Assembly: GCA_041946805.1 (NCBI GenBank)
Contig: JBHGBC010000002.1
Coordinates: forward strand, 1 to 64,000
From: a bacterium
Lineage (GTDB): Bacteria; Hinthialibacterota; Hinthialibacteria; Hinthialibacterales; Hinthialibacteraceae
Direction of reading: 5' to 3'
Length of the DNA stretch: 64,000 nucleotides
The position numbers were made by a program, and so were the translations under genes. The notes under the pieces were generated by a model. It was not told the origin of the DNA. It saw only the letters and a list, made by a program, of their open reading frames with translations, and made no database searches. Every line of letters starts with the position of its first letter. Within the stretch, counting starts at the first letter, position 1. Shown in pieces: positions 1 through 9,872 of this stretch.

Positions 1-736
1 GAATCTGTTTTTTGTTTTCCTGGTACGATCGCAGGAGGGCGGTCACTTCGGGCAGAAATGGATAAGAATCGGCGGATTCGCTCTTCCACTCGTTCAACAA
101 ACGGATCAGGGAGCGTTTGCGGCCCTGGGCGACCGCCTCGACGAACTGGCCGTAGGTGTCGTCGATGACCGACTGGAACATGGCGCGTTCCTTGTCGGTG
201 AGTCCGCGTTCGAACGAACCGAAATCCTTGTATTCCCCCGCCTTGATGGTCTGGTAGTCGACGCCGATCTTCTCCATCAGTTCCTTGGCCACAGGGAACT
301 TGGCGTAGACGCCGATACTGCCCGTGAGGGTTCCGGGCGCGGCGACGATGCGGTCCGCGCTGCAGGCGATGTAATACCCGCCGGAAGCGGCCAGCGATCC
401 AAAGGAGGCCACCACGATCTTGCCGTGTTCCTTCTGCGCCGTGACGATGGCCTGGTATAGGTCCTGGGACGGTCCCACGGCCCCGCCGGGACTCTCGACC
501 CGCAGCACGATCCCCTTGATGGAATTATCCTCCTGATATTGTTTGATTTGGTCGATCCAGTGTTGCGCGTCGTAGATGGCGCTTTCGACGCGCACCAGGG
601 CGAGACGTTTGGCGCCCAGAAGGTTGGGAGTGGTTCCCTGCATGACCAACACCATCAGGGTCACAAACAGCCCCACGAGGATCACGATCCCCACCAGAAA
701 AGAGAAAAACAGAAGCAGGCCGGTGCTTTTTTTCAT
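1..736 (-). CDS. sppA: Signal peptide peptidase SppA (S49, 36K type), 3' end outside the window
   Basis: Not in the ORF track; translated by hand from ATG 736: MKKSTGLLLFFSFLVGIVIL (TM)...GIVLRVESPGGAVGPSQDLY...VVASFGSLAASGGYYIACSADRIVAAPGTLTGSIGV...KAGEYKD, all canonical S49 motifs. Confidence 0.93.
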   Translation of the reverse strand, partial: MKKSTGLLLFFSFLVGIVILVGLFVTLMVLVMQGTTPNLLGAKRLALVRVESAIYDAQHWIDQIKQYQEDNSIKGIVLRVESPGGAVGPSQDLYQAIVTAQKEHGKIVVASFGSLAASGGYYIACSADRIVAAPGTLTGSIGVYAKFPVAKELMEKIGVDYQTIKAGEYKDFGSFERGLTDKERAMFQSVIDDTYGQFVEAVAQGRKRSLIRLLNEWKSESADSYPFLPEVTALLRSYQENKKQI

Positions 737-913
737 GATCTCATTACCTTACCGAGGTTCGATTCCCCAAGGATAGAGTATATCGGCCTCCGCCTCCGCG
801 CCGCAGGGGAATGACGCGGGATAGCCACACCGAAAGAACCATGCGACAATAAGGGCAGCGATCGCCGTCTGCCTTCGGGCTGGCTTGGGAATCGATTCTC
901 AATAGTATGGGGG

Positions 914-2041
914 TTGGCGGACGTGAGCCATGGCGTGCCCACGGAATACTGGATGGTTTTTTTGATCAGCTGGCTGGGGGCGTTGGTGTCGACGCCCCTG
1001 TTCCGGCGGCTGGCGCAGGCCCTGGATATTACGGACCGGCCCTCCAGCCGCAAGGTCCATGACCGGCCGGTTCCCTACCTGGGCGGTATGGCCTTTCACG
1101 TGGCCTTGAGCCTGCCGCTGCTGTACGTGTTCATCTGGGCGCCGCACGTGCTGGACGCGCAAATTTCCCTGCCGCAGTTGCGGACGCTGTACTTGGCGGC
1201 GGCTGGATTCCTGCTGCTCGGGGTGTGGGACGACATCCAGCCGATCCCCCCCACGGTGAAGTTGGCCGTACAGGCGGGGCTCAGCGTCTTGCTAGTCGGT
1301 TCGGGCTTCACGATCGACGAAATGACCAGCCCCTTCGGCGGAAAGATCCCGCTGGGGTGGCTGAGCTGGGGTTTGTCGGTCTTCTGGATTCTGACCATTG
1401 TCAACGCGATCAATTTCATCGACGGGCTGGACGGCCTGGCGGCGGGGGTGGTCTTTTTCGCGGCGGTGGCCAATTTTCTGATCGCCCTGCATCCCTGGCA
1501 GAATTTCATTTGCTTGATCTCGCTGTCGCTGATGGGAGCCACGCTGGGTTTTCTGCCGTACAATTTCTCTCCCGCCCGGATTTTCATGGGCGACGCCGGC
1601 AGCCTGTATCTCGGGGCGCTGTTGGCCGGATTGTCTCTGGTCAGCAACACCAAGGGAGCGACGGCGATGTCGTTGTCGCTGCCGCTCGTGATTCTCTCCA
1701 TCCCCCTTCTGGACACGGTGCTGACCATCATCCGCCGGGGACGCCGGGGATTCAATTTTTTCACGGCCGACCGCGAACACCTGCATCACCGGCTGCTGCA
1801 ATTGGGCTTTACCGCCCGGCAGGTGGTGCTGTGCCTGTATGGATTGTCGTTTTTGCTGTCGATGTCAGCGGTATTGGCGGCGCAACTGCCCAACCAGTAC
1901 ACGTTGCTGTTCATCGCCGTGTTTCTGGCGGCGGTGGGGTGGGGCCTGGCGGTCTTCGCGGCGGTGGAACGGCGGGTCAATCTTCCCGGGCCGGAGTCTC
2001 CATCCGCCGGGACAGATACCAAAAACCCGCTCCCCCGATAG
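914..2041 (+). CDS. Undecaprenyl-phosphate GlcNAc-1-phosphate transferase (WecA/TagO, glycosyltransferase family 4)
   Basis: DRPSSRKVHDRPVPYLGG, GVWDD, NAINFIDGLDGLAAG, YNFSPARIFMGDAGSLYLG, ADREHLHHRLL; about 11 TM segments. The start may be GTG 935 or a later ATG. Confidence 0.92.
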   Translation: MADVSHGVPTEYWMVFLISWLGALVSTPLFRRLAQALDITDRPSSRKVHDRPVPYLGGMAFHVALSLPLLYVFIWAPHVLDAQISLPQLRTLYLAAAGFLLLGVWDDIQPIPPTVKLAVQAGLSVLLVGSGFTIDEMTSPFGGKIPLGWLSWGLSVFWILTIVNAINFIDGLDGLAAGVVFFAAVANFLIALHPWQNFICLISLSLMGATLGFLPYNFSPARIFMGDAGSLYLGALLAGLSLVSNTKGATAMSLSLPLVILSIPLLDTVLTIIRRGRRGFNFFTADREHLHHRLLQLGFTARQVVLCLYGLSFLLSMSAVLAAQLPNQYTLLFIAVFLAAVGWGLAVFAAVERRVNLPGPESPSAGTDTKNPLPR

Positions 2042-2789
2042 CGGTCAGCATCAGGAAGGCTCCCGCGATCCAAAACGCCGCGGACTCCGAACGGGACACG
2101 GGGGCCGTTCCCGCGTCATACTGGTTCTTCGGAGGCAACGTGACCGCGATCTCGCCCGTCCCGGCCGGCGCGGCCGGCAGATTCACTTCCAGCTCGAGAT
2201 TGTTCGTGGCCGGGATGAAGCCCTTGGTCTCCATGATCATGTAATCGAAAGGCTTATATTCCTGGTAGGGAATATGCCCCGAAAAGACCACTCCGTCCCG
2301 GGAGACGAAGTTCATTTGTTTCCAACCGGGGACTTTGGTCAATCGGCTATCTTCATAAAAGAAAGGCAACGTGACACCCCGGGGGATTTCGGCGGGCAGC
2401 GGGCACACGTAACCCAAATCGATCTTGATGACGTCCATCATGTTGTGTCCCAGGGTGCGGTACGTGTCCCCGGTGACGAAGCGCGGGGTCAGTTTCCATT
2501 CGCCGATCCGGATCGTCTGCTTGGCAGCGTACTCTTCCGCACTGTCCCGCACGAAAACATCACGCTCCGCGTCGGTGATTTTCCCATCCGTGTCGGCGTC
2601 CAGTTGTTTGGCGGCCCGCTGCGTGGGATAAAGTCCCAGGATCGCTTCGTACACCAAGACCAGTTGGGTGGGGGTCAGGGTCAATTCCGCATGGCGGTCG
2701 ATGCTTTCGGGATGCCAAGCATGAGGAAACGCGGACATGCTTGACAATCCCCAAAACGACACCAGCCATACCCAGCCAGTTTTCCGCAT
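1977..2789 (-). CDS. Exported protein with C-terminal membrane anchor; DUF1007-like, EF-hand-like DxDxDG loop
   Basis: Signal peptide, mature region near HAWHPESIDRHAEL, LDADTDGKITDAE loop, C-terminal TM FWIAGAFLMLTAIGGAGFWYL followed by SRR. Overlaps the convergent transferase gene by 65 bp. Confidence 0.6.
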   Translation of the reverse strand: MRKTGWVWLVSFWGLSSMSAFPHAWHPESIDRHAELTLTPTQLVLVYEAILGLYPTQRAAKQLDADTDGKITDAERDVFVRDSAEEYAAKQTIRIGEWKLTPRFVTGDTYRTLGHNMMDVIKIDLGYVCPLPAEIPRGVTLPFFYEDSRLTKVPGWKQMNFVSRDGVVFSGHIPYQEYKPFDYMIMETKGFIPATNNLELEVNLPAAPAGTGEIAVTLPPKNQYDAGTAPVSRSESAAFWIAGAFLMLTAIGGAGFWYLSRRMETPARED

Positions 2790-2887
2790 GGATCATCCAT
2801 CCCATCTGATTCGTGCCTGATGTGCAAGACACCACCAAGGTATCCGGATTCAGGCGGTTTGTATAGCCTGAAATCCGCCCTTGCGAG

Positions 2888-4219
2888 TCAGGTTGCTGAA
2901 GGATTCGCTTCCGAACCGGCGGCGGGACGGATCAGCAGGCCGGTCGGGATTTTGGGATAGAAGTCCGTGGATTTTTGAGGCATGCGGACGCCGCGTTTAG
3001 AGACTTCGAAGACGGTTTGGGGCGACAGGCCGCCGAGCAAAAACGCGGCGGTGTCCGGTTCACGGCGCGCCAGGGAGAGGGCTTCCTCCTCGCCGCGGAG
3101 GTACCGCGTTCTTGTCTGGAGAAATTCCGGCGTCAGGCCCAGGCAATCCCCCAACAGAAAATGGTGTAAGAAGGTGACGTTCAAATCCCGGAGCGGTTCC
3201 GGGATGGCTTGCAGGGCGTGTCCGGCGGCGCCGGATTTCAGGGTGATCCGCCACGCCTCCCCCGGACCGGCCGCCACGATCGAAAGCCGGTGTTCCGGCC
3301 GGCGCAGGAGTTCACGGACGCTTTCGCCCCGGGAATCCGGCAGGGAAACGATATCACAATACGGGGCGGCTTTATCGTGCAGAAGCTCCGGCCAGCGGTC
3401 CGGCATTTCCCGGATCACACGGTGCGTGGGCAACACCAACAAGCCAGGGCTGGAGATGGGCACGATCAAGGCCAGGACGCTGCCCCAGGGCTCGCGGGAA
3501 GGTTCGAGGCCGGTTTCCTCCATCATGGCGCGGCGGTAATTGAGGGCGGTTTCGTACCGGTGATGGCCGTCGGCGATGACCAGCGCCCGGTCCCGCAGGA
3601 AGTCTTGCGCGCCGGCCAGCAGCGTGGGCGAATCGATCGAGTACAACTCATGGACCTGCCCCTCGAAATCCTCGAACCGCACCAACCGCGTGTCGGTGCG
3701 TGAAAAAAGCGTGTCCCAGGAATCCAGCGGGCCATCGGCCAGAAGAAAAATCGGAGACAGGTTAGCCCGGGTGGCGCGCAACAGGCGCAGGCGGTCCGCC
3801 TTGGGGCCGTCGAAGGTGAACTCATGCGCGTAGGGGCCGGCTCCATCCTCCAGCCGCAGGGCGCCGAACAAACCGGTGCGGGTCCAGGTCCGGCCCTGGT
3901 AGGGGAAGGTTTGGCGGTAAACGTACAAACGAGGCGGATCCGCGCGCAGGATCCCCTGGCGGATCCAATCCCGGTACCGTTCGGCCGCGGGTCCGTACCA
4001 GTCGGCGGATTCGGCGGCGGTGGATTGCGTGGCGACGTCGGTTTCCACGGCGCCGGGGGGCGGGAGAATCAGACGGACCACATTGTGGGGATCCCGGTCC
4101 CACAGAACGGCGCGTTCGGCCGACGGGATTTTATCGTACGGCGGCGAGATTACCGCGGCCGGGTCGGGAACACGCTCCAGGTTGTACCGTATCCCGGGAA
4201 AAGAAGAGATGAAGGCCAT
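2888..4219 (-). CDS. DUF1015 family protein
   Basis: FPGIRYN..VISPPYDKI, AHEFT, ANLSPIF, IADGHHRYETA, LVLPTHRV, MPQKSTDFYPK. Confidence 0.9.
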   Translation of the reverse strand: MAFISSFPGIRYNLERVPDPAAVISPPYDKIPSAERAVLWDRDPHNVVRLILPPPGAVETDVATQSTAAESADWYGPAAERYRDWIRQGILRADPPRLYVYRQTFPYQGRTWTRTGLFGALRLEDGAGPYAHEFTFDGPKADRLRLLRATRANLSPIFLLADGPLDSWDTLFSRTDTRLVRFEDFEGQVHELYSIDSPTLLAGAQDFLRDRALVIADGHHRYETALNYRRAMMEETGLEPSREPWGSVLALIVPISSPGLLVLPTHRVIREMPDRWPELLHDKAAPYCDIVSLPDSRGESVRELLRRPEHRLSIVAAGPGEAWRITLKSGAAGHALQAIPEPLRDLNVTFLHHFLLGDCLGLTPEFLQTRTRYLRGEEEALSLARREPDTAAFLLGGLSPQTVFEVSKRGVRMPQKSTDFYPKIPTGLLIRPAAGSEANPSAT

Positions 4220-4267
4220 GGATCTGTCGAATGAATCCTTTTCTGGAATCCGGATGAAAATCCCCGC

Positions 4268-6943
4268 TTACCGGTCCACACCCGGAGCCGGCACGTTGTT
4301 CAATTCGGATACTGGCGCTTTCGGCGTCATGACCGGCTCCATGGGCGCTGGTGCCGGGGAATTGGTCACGGATGGATCGAACTGATAGGCATCTTGAACA
4401 TGATTGGCGCAACGGTCAACGGGCCCGGTTCCCTCCATAAAGGGAAATTTTTCCTTCGAAGGGCAATTCGCCGTGGCGATCTTGCGGCTCTCCCGGCACA
4501 AGGTGCGAAACACGATGCCCGGCGGCGGCGTGATTTCGCCGAACCATTCCGGATGGATTTCATACACGCGGGTCATGAATTGCTTCCAGATGGGCAGGGC
4601 GGCCTCGGAGCCGGTCATCTTGACGCCGAGGGAGCGCTGGGGATCGTCGTACCCCAGGTAGACGATACACAGGAGATCCTTGGTGTAGCCGGCAAACCAG
4701 GCGTAAGTACAGTCATCGGTGGTGCCGGTCTTGCCGTAACAAATGAAAGGCGCGTCCTTCAGTTCCTTGGCGGTTCCCTGTTCCACCACGTTGCGCAGCA
4801 TGTAAGTCACCAAGTACGCCACTTGGGGAGACAACCGCGGCTGCGTGTTGGCAGCGGGTTTGTATTCATACAGGACGAAGGGATAGTTTTGCCGCGAATC
4901 CTGGCGCTGATAGACCTTGTTCACCATGTGGATCTTGACGAAGTTGCCTTGATTGGCCAGGACGGAATAAGCCTGGGCCAGCTGGTAAGGCGTGCAGCCG
5001 GCGGTGCCCAGCGCGATTGACATGTTGGATTCATTCACCGGAAAGTCGAACACCTCCCGGCAGAAGCGGCGCAGGGATTCGATGCCCGCCGCCCGGGTCT
5101 CCTTGTAGTTGTCCAGGAGCCAGACCGTCGCCGCGTTGAGGGAATGGGTCAGAGCGTACAGCATGGTCACCCGGCCGTAGTACCGGTCATAATAGTTCTT
5201 GGGCGTCCAGTTGGTCCAATACTCCTTCTCGATATCCAGCAGGGTGGAAGTCACCGTCCATTTCTTCTTGGGATCAGCCAGCGCCGCGGCGTAGAGAAGC
5301 GGCTTGAATGCGCTCCCCGGCTGGAGCATGTTCGCCTGCAGGGTGCGGATGAACTGGCCGGAGTTTTTCTCGTCGTAGTAGTCATAGCCGCCTACCTGGC
5401 AGAGCACCTCGCCGGTGGAAGGCCGCACGGCGATCAAGGATCCCTGAACGTACCGGTCGTCCGCCAGCCGCAGCTGAACGGAACCGCCCTCCTGGACCGC
5501 TTTCACCCGGACGAAATAGTCCTTGTGCAAAACCTCGAAATCATCCACCCAGGTTTCGGCGGGTTCCACCGGCACGGTGAACGGCCCCTTGCCGTCCTGC
5601 ACGTTGGGAACCGAAACGGAGATCACGCCCACGCCGGGATCGTAGTTCGCCAGAACTTTGGCGTCGTATTCATGGCCGGGCTGCAGGCGCGAGGGACCGG
5701 ACCGGTTGACTCCCGTGTAGCCCGGTCGCCCCCAATCGCGGCCGCCCATGGGGCGCCGCCGGTGCTCGTGCTGCACGACGCCTCTCCGCAGGCATTCTTC
5801 CGCGATTTCCTGCAGGCGGGTGTCGAGAGTGGATTCCACATCCACCCCCTGACCGTAGATCTCGATCGGCTGATCGTTGGGCATGGTGATCACGCGGTCC
5901 TGGAACTGGCGGTTGATCCCCCAGGAGAAATACGGATACAAGGCGACCTGCGTCCGCCTCGTGGCGTTGGTGTTCAAGCGGAACGGCTCGGCCACCGCCT
6001 GTTCATATTGCTCGGGCGTGATCAGGCCCCGGTTGCGCATCACCCGCAGAACCAGTTCGGTGCGCCGCTGGGCGGCCTCGGGATAACGGACCGGCGAGAA
6101 GGCGTTGGGGCGTTGGAGCATCCCCGCGAAGAGGGCGCATTCCTTCAGGGAGAGCTCCGAGACTTCCTTGCCGAAATACGATTCCGCGGCCCGCGCCACG
6201 CCGTAGATGTTTCCGCCCAGAAAGACCTGGTTGAGGTAGATTTCCAAAATTTCGTTTTTGGTATAACGTTTCTCGATCTGCAGGGCGAGGAGGATTTCCC
6301 ACAGTTTTTGTTGAAACGACTTGAGCCCCATTTCGGGGATTTCGTAGGGGACATGCTTGTTGATGATCAGGTCTTCCGCCAACTGCATGGTCAACGTGCT
6401 GCCCCCTTGCTGAAGCGAACCGGCCCGGAAATCGGCATAGGCGGCGCGCAGGAATCCGCGAGGGCTGATGCCCGGATGTTCATAAAAGTAATAATCCTCC
6501 ATGCCGATCACGGCGTTGATGAGATTCTCCGGGATTTCCGAAAGGGGCACCACCTCGCGGTTCTGGCGGGGACTGAAGAAATCGGCCACCAGCTGATGGG
6601 AATCGTCCCCGGCGAAGATCCGCGACGGCATCCAAGGACGATAATCTTCCAAGTACGGGATGGTGGGCAATTGGTCCAGATAATGGTTCAAAAAACTGAT
6701 GGCGATCCCCGCGCCGACTCCCATGGTCATGATCGTCATGCAGAACAACAACAGGGCGAGCCGCTTCCACCGGGAGCGGCGGCGTTGGGCGGAACGGAGA
6801 CGGTTCTCTCCCGCGGGTGCGGCGGAACGGTTCCCGGACGCGGGCGGAACCCCCACGCGGGATTTCTCCAGTCCCTCTCCGGCCGGACGGTTCTTGGCCG
6901 GAATCGGTTTAGGCCGCCAGGGCGGCAATGTGGTTTGCGTCAT
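4268..6943 (-). CDS. mrcA: Class A penicillin-binding protein (PBP1A family)
   Basis: N-terminal TM; GT51 motifs EDYYFYEHPG, GGSTLTMQL, KNEILEIYLN; transpeptidase motifs GSAFKP (SxxK), SLN, GKTGT. Confidence 0.92.
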   Translation of the reverse strand: MTQTTLPPWRPKPIPAKNRPAGEGLEKSRVGVPPASGNRSAAPAGENRLRSAQRRRSRWKRLALLLFCMTIMTMGVGAGIAISFLNHYLDQLPTIPYLEDYRPWMPSRIFAGDDSHQLVADFFSPRQNREVVPLSEIPENLINAVIGMEDYYFYEHPGISPRGFLRAAYADFRAGSLQQGGSTLTMQLAEDLIINKHVPYEIPEMGLKSFQQKLWEILLALQIEKRYTKNEILEIYLNQVFLGGNIYGVARAAESYFGKEVSELSLKECALFAGMLQRPNAFSPVRYPEAAQRRTELVLRVMRNRGLITPEQYEQAVAEPFRLNTNATRRTQVALYPYFSWGINRQFQDRVITMPNDQPIEIYGQGVDVESTLDTRLQEIAEECLRRGVVQHEHRRRPMGGRDWGRPGYTGVNRSGPSRLQPGHEYDAKVLANYDPGVGVISVSVPNVQDGKGPFTVPVEPAETWVDDFEVLHKDYFVRVKAVQEGGSVQLRLADDRYVQGSLIAVRPSTGEVLCQVGGYDYYDEKNSGQFIRTLQANMLQPGSAFKPLLYAAALADPKKKWTVTSTLLDIEKEYWTNWTPKNYYDRYYGRVTMLYALTHSLNAATVWLLDNYKETRAAGIESLRRFCREVFDFPVNESNMSIALGTAGCTPYQLAQAYSVLANQGNFVKIHMVNKVYQRQDSRQNYPFVLYEYKPAANTQPRLSPQVAYLVTYMLRNVVEQGTAKELKDAPFICYGKTGTTDDCTYAWFAGYTKDLLCIVYLGYDDPQRSLGVKMTGSEAALPIWKQFMTRVYEIHPEWFGEITPPPGIVFRTLCRESRKIATANCPSKEKFPFMEGTGPVDRCANHVQDAYQFDPSVTNSPAPAPMEPVMTPKAPVSELNNVPAPGVDR

Positions 6944-7093
6944 GAGTATCGGCCCATATGGAATGGAGCGATCGCTTTCAATTATCTCTTCTAACGAACA
7001 AACCGCCGGAAAGATATGGAACCCGCGTCTTTTTCAGGCCATGCAGCCCTTCGCCCGCCTCCCCGCGGGAGGACAGGGAGGGAAAGGATTGAT

Positions 7094-7297
7094 GGTTCAT
7101 CCGGCAAGTGCGTACCCCCTGGTGAAAAAGGCCTGCCTTCCACCCCATGATGCGGGTGGATACGTAGGTCCGCCCTTTTAACCAATTCCCTCACCCTACC
7201 CCTCTTCCCGAGGGAGAGGAAATCAGGGGTAATTCTCCTCGATCCGCCTGATTGAAGATCGGCCCGGCATGAAAGGTCCGCATTTACCGGATGAGCT
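7094..7297. mobile_element. MITE-like element copy 1 (204 bp)
   Basis: Left TIR ggttcatccggcaagtgcgtac (7094-7115); right TIR 7276-7297 (17/22 complementary); flanks ggattgat / ggatttat (7/8 match, candidate TSD); internal REP hairpins. Confidence 0.7.
7188..7220 (+). repeat. 33-bp REP-like palindrome (CCCTCACCC-N3-CCCTCTCCC-N3-GGGAGAGGG family)
   Basis: ccctcaccctacccctcttcccgagggagagga, inside MITE copy 1. Confidence 0.8.
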
Positions 7298-7367
7298 GGA
7301 TTTATGATCCAATGTCGTTCATTTTTCCAGGCGGTTCCGCGCGCATCGGCAACCGGCTGAATGTATC

Positions 7368-8339
7368 TTATCCCGAATGGAACTGGATGAGAACTTTCCT
7401 GGCGCCGGGACGGTTGGCGTGCGCCCAGGCCTCTTGGATTTTCTCCAGGGGATACACTGCCTCGATCAGGCGGTCCGCCGGCAGCCATCCCCGGGATAAC
7501 CAGGCCAGGGCCGGGGCGAAACGGCCGCAGCGCGATCCCACCACGGTCACTTCATCGATCACCACGGGGGTCAGATCCACCGCGTCCGCGCCCGCCATGG
7601 TGCTTTTCAACACGATGGTCCCCCGGGGGCGGACCAGGTTCATGGCCCGGCGCAGCCCTTGGGTGGCGCCGGTCGCCTCGATCACGATATCCCATTGCTT
7701 GTTATCCGCCGCCGCCAGGTTCTGCTCCAGCCGGGTGGGCAGAAAATCCTCCACCAGGCTCAGTTTACCCGGATGATGCCCCACCAGCAGAGTCTCGCCC
7801 TCGTGACGGCGGGAAACCACGAGGGCGGCAAGCAAACCCAGTTTTCCATCCCCGAGGACGCAAATCCGGTCCAGAGGCCGGACCTGAATCTGCTCGAAAA
7901 TCTCCAGCACCGCCGCGAGGGGCTCAGTAAATACCAGGCACTTGTCCGGAATCCCGGCGGGCGCGCGGAACAGGTTGCGCGCGGGCAGCGTCAAGTATTC
8001 GGCCAGGCAGCCATCCCGATTGAAGATTCCCAGGGTGGTCCGGTGGGGGCAATGCCGCTCGAGCCCTTCCCGGCATTGGGAGCAGGTTCCGCAGCCCGCA
8101 TTGATTTCGCCCACAATCCGTGCGCCTGGCTCCCACTCCCCGGCCGGTTCCGCCACCTGGGCCACGAACTCATGGCCCAGGATGCCCTGGAAACCCATGT
8201 ACCCCTTGGTCAATTCCAGATCAGTGCGGCAGATTCCCGCCATCCGCGTCCGTAAGAGCACTTCGCCCTCCGGGATCCGCGGTTCCGGGCAAGAATCGTC
8301 CAGCCGCACTCCGTTCTCCGCGCAACGCACCGCTTTCAT
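7368..8339 (-). CDS. Zinc-dependent alcohol dehydrogenase (MDR superfamily)
   Basis: GICRTD, ILGHEF, structural Zn CGTCSQC..C, GDGKLG Rossmann motif. Confidence 0.92.
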   Translation of the reverse strand: MKAVRCAENGVRLDDSCPEPRIPEGEVLLRTRMAGICRTDLELTKGYMGFQGILGHEFVAQVAEPAGEWEPGARIVGEINAGCGTCSQCREGLERHCPHRTTLGIFNRDGCLAEYLTLPARNLFRAPAGIPDKCLVFTEPLAAVLEIFEQIQVRPLDRICVLGDGKLGLLAALVVSRRHEGETLLVGHHPGKLSLVEDFLPTRLEQNLAAADNKQWDIVIEATGATQGLRRAMNLVRPRGTIVLKSTMAGADAVDLTPVVIDEVTVVGSRCGRFAPALAWLSRGWLPADRLIEAVYPLEKIQEAWAHANRPGARKVLIQFHSG

Positions 8340-8526
8340 CGCCTGCTGGTTCCCGTCCGTTTTCCGCCGGTCCGCCGGCGCTCATTCCGTTTCCGCCGCC
8401 GGATACGAAGGCTGACACCCGGGAATGAGAAAACAATTTCTCCAAAGTATAGCCAATTTCATTTTTTCCGATATGATTTATTATCGTACCCGATGGATCT
8501 GGATTGAATCCAGGTGGAGATTTCTT

Positions 8527-8862
8527 ATGTTGATCAAAGTGGAAAACCATGGTTCCGTGACCGTGGTGTCCTTCGAGGTGGAGGATCAATTCAACGATCC
8601 CGAACCGCTTCGCCAGGTGATCACCGAACGGATGGACGCGGGGTTCAAGGATTTTCTGATCGACCTGGAAAACATCGTGTACATGAGCAGTTCCTCCCTG
8701 GGATTCATCATCACACTGTATCAGCAGCTGAAAAAAAAGGGGGGCCGCCTGAAATTGATGAAGGCCCAGCCCAGTGTTTCCAACCTCATCGAGATCACCC
8801 GCCTGGACCGGCTCCTGGAGATGTTCGACGACCAGGATACCGCCCTGCGCTCGTTCGGCTAA
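8527..8862 (+). CDS. STAS-domain anti-sigma factor antagonist (SpoIIAA/RsbV-like)
   Basis: IDLENIVYMSSSSLG phosphoacceptor region, GGRLKL..QPSVSNLIEITRLDRLLEMF; start reassigned to ATG 8527. Confidence 0.88.
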   Translation: MLIKVENHGSVTVVSFEVEDQFNDPEPLRQVITERMDAGFKDFLIDLENIVYMSSSSLGFIITLYQQLKKKGGRLKLMKAQPSVSNLIEITRLDRLLEMFDDQDTALRSFG

Positions 8863-9291
8863 GCGGGCGTGAGGCTTGGGCGGGATGAAGTGTATGAGCT
8901 CAGGCCGACCGCGATGACCGGGGCAAGAGGTTCCTCATCCGGATTCTCTCAACGAGCTATGACCCTCAGCCGGAAGTCCTCTACCTGCAAGGGAATAGAA
9001 TCCATGCTAGGGAAGAGGGATAAACATGGGCGGTCGCAAGTTTGGTCTTGATTCCGTAATGAAAGAACACCCATTGATCCGGGCAATCCGATAGAAGGCA
9101 ACATCTGTTTTTTTGGGGCTGATGGAGATTTTTTGGGGTGACGTGAAAAAAACGAAATGTCTATCCGGCCAGCGCGGACCGGATGGAGAACTTCGTATTG
9201 CCATTCCCTGAATCCGGACCGAAGAAAACTTATGGATATCCAGGATATCGTGGAGAAACCCGCCGTGGGGATCGGCGCCGGGAAAGGCTTA

Positions 9292-9324
9292 CCATCACCC
9301 TCACCCTCGCCTCAAGGGAGAGGG
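9292..9324 (+). repeat. 33-bp REP-like palindrome (degenerate)
   Basis: ccatcaccctcaccctcgcctcaagggagaggg. Confidence 0.7.
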
Positions 9325-9431
9325 AATTTTGGGGGTGGTTTTAATCGATCCTTTCGAAGAGATGATCTCCGGCGATCTGAACTAAGTACACAATTGCCGG
9401 TTAATCCCAAAAGAAGCGCAAATCCGGCCGA

Positions 9432-9872
9432 TTATTCAACTTGTTGCGCCTCTAAAAACATGGCTTTGCTGAGCGCGGTGAAGAAATTTTGGTAGGGTTC
9501 CGGTTTATCGACAGATCGCAATTGATACTGGGCGCTTGCCCGGACGAGCAGTTGATTTTCCCCTCGCGGTCGAACACTGACCGTCATGCGAAGTGCGTAA
9601 TTATCCAATTTCGTGCCGCTGACCGTCCCGAGTGTTTCATCCGCCCGGTCGATAACAAAACCAAGGTCTTGTAGCGTAGCGATAATCGTGCGCAGCGTGG
9701 TTTCGCGATCGGTCGTATCAAAGGCCCGGCTTTGCATTTGCCGCAACTCGACTGCGCCCGTATCGGATTTGAGCAGTTCTTTACGCGAGGTGCCGCAATG
9801 AATGGCTAGAAATCCTAACAGAATAATGAAAAATGGACGCAAATACATGATTTTTTTGGTTTTAGATTTCAT
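9432..9872 (-). CDS. Hypothetical lipoprotein, paralogue of 9862-10401
   Basis: FFIILLGFLAIH-C lipobox-like signal; shares MQSRxFDT, LQDLGF, LGxVxGxK and PExYxxFFxxLSxAxFLEA with its neighbour. Start is ATG 9872 or 9848. Confidence 0.8.
   Translation of the reverse strand: MKSKTKKIMYLRPFFIILLGFLAIHCGTSRKELLKSDTGAVELRQMQSRAFDTTDRETTLRTIIATLQDLGFVIDRADETLGTVSGTKLDNYALRMTVSVRPRGENQLLVRASAQYQLRSVDKPEPYQNFFTALSKAMFLEAQQVE

Noticed and set aside
9157..9495. Small ORFs containing PSPSPSPxGRG or LPLGEGxGEG (also near 6991, 29559, 34517, 39969, 60475)
   Set aside because: These are translations of the REP/MITE sequence; no RBS or other coding evidence.
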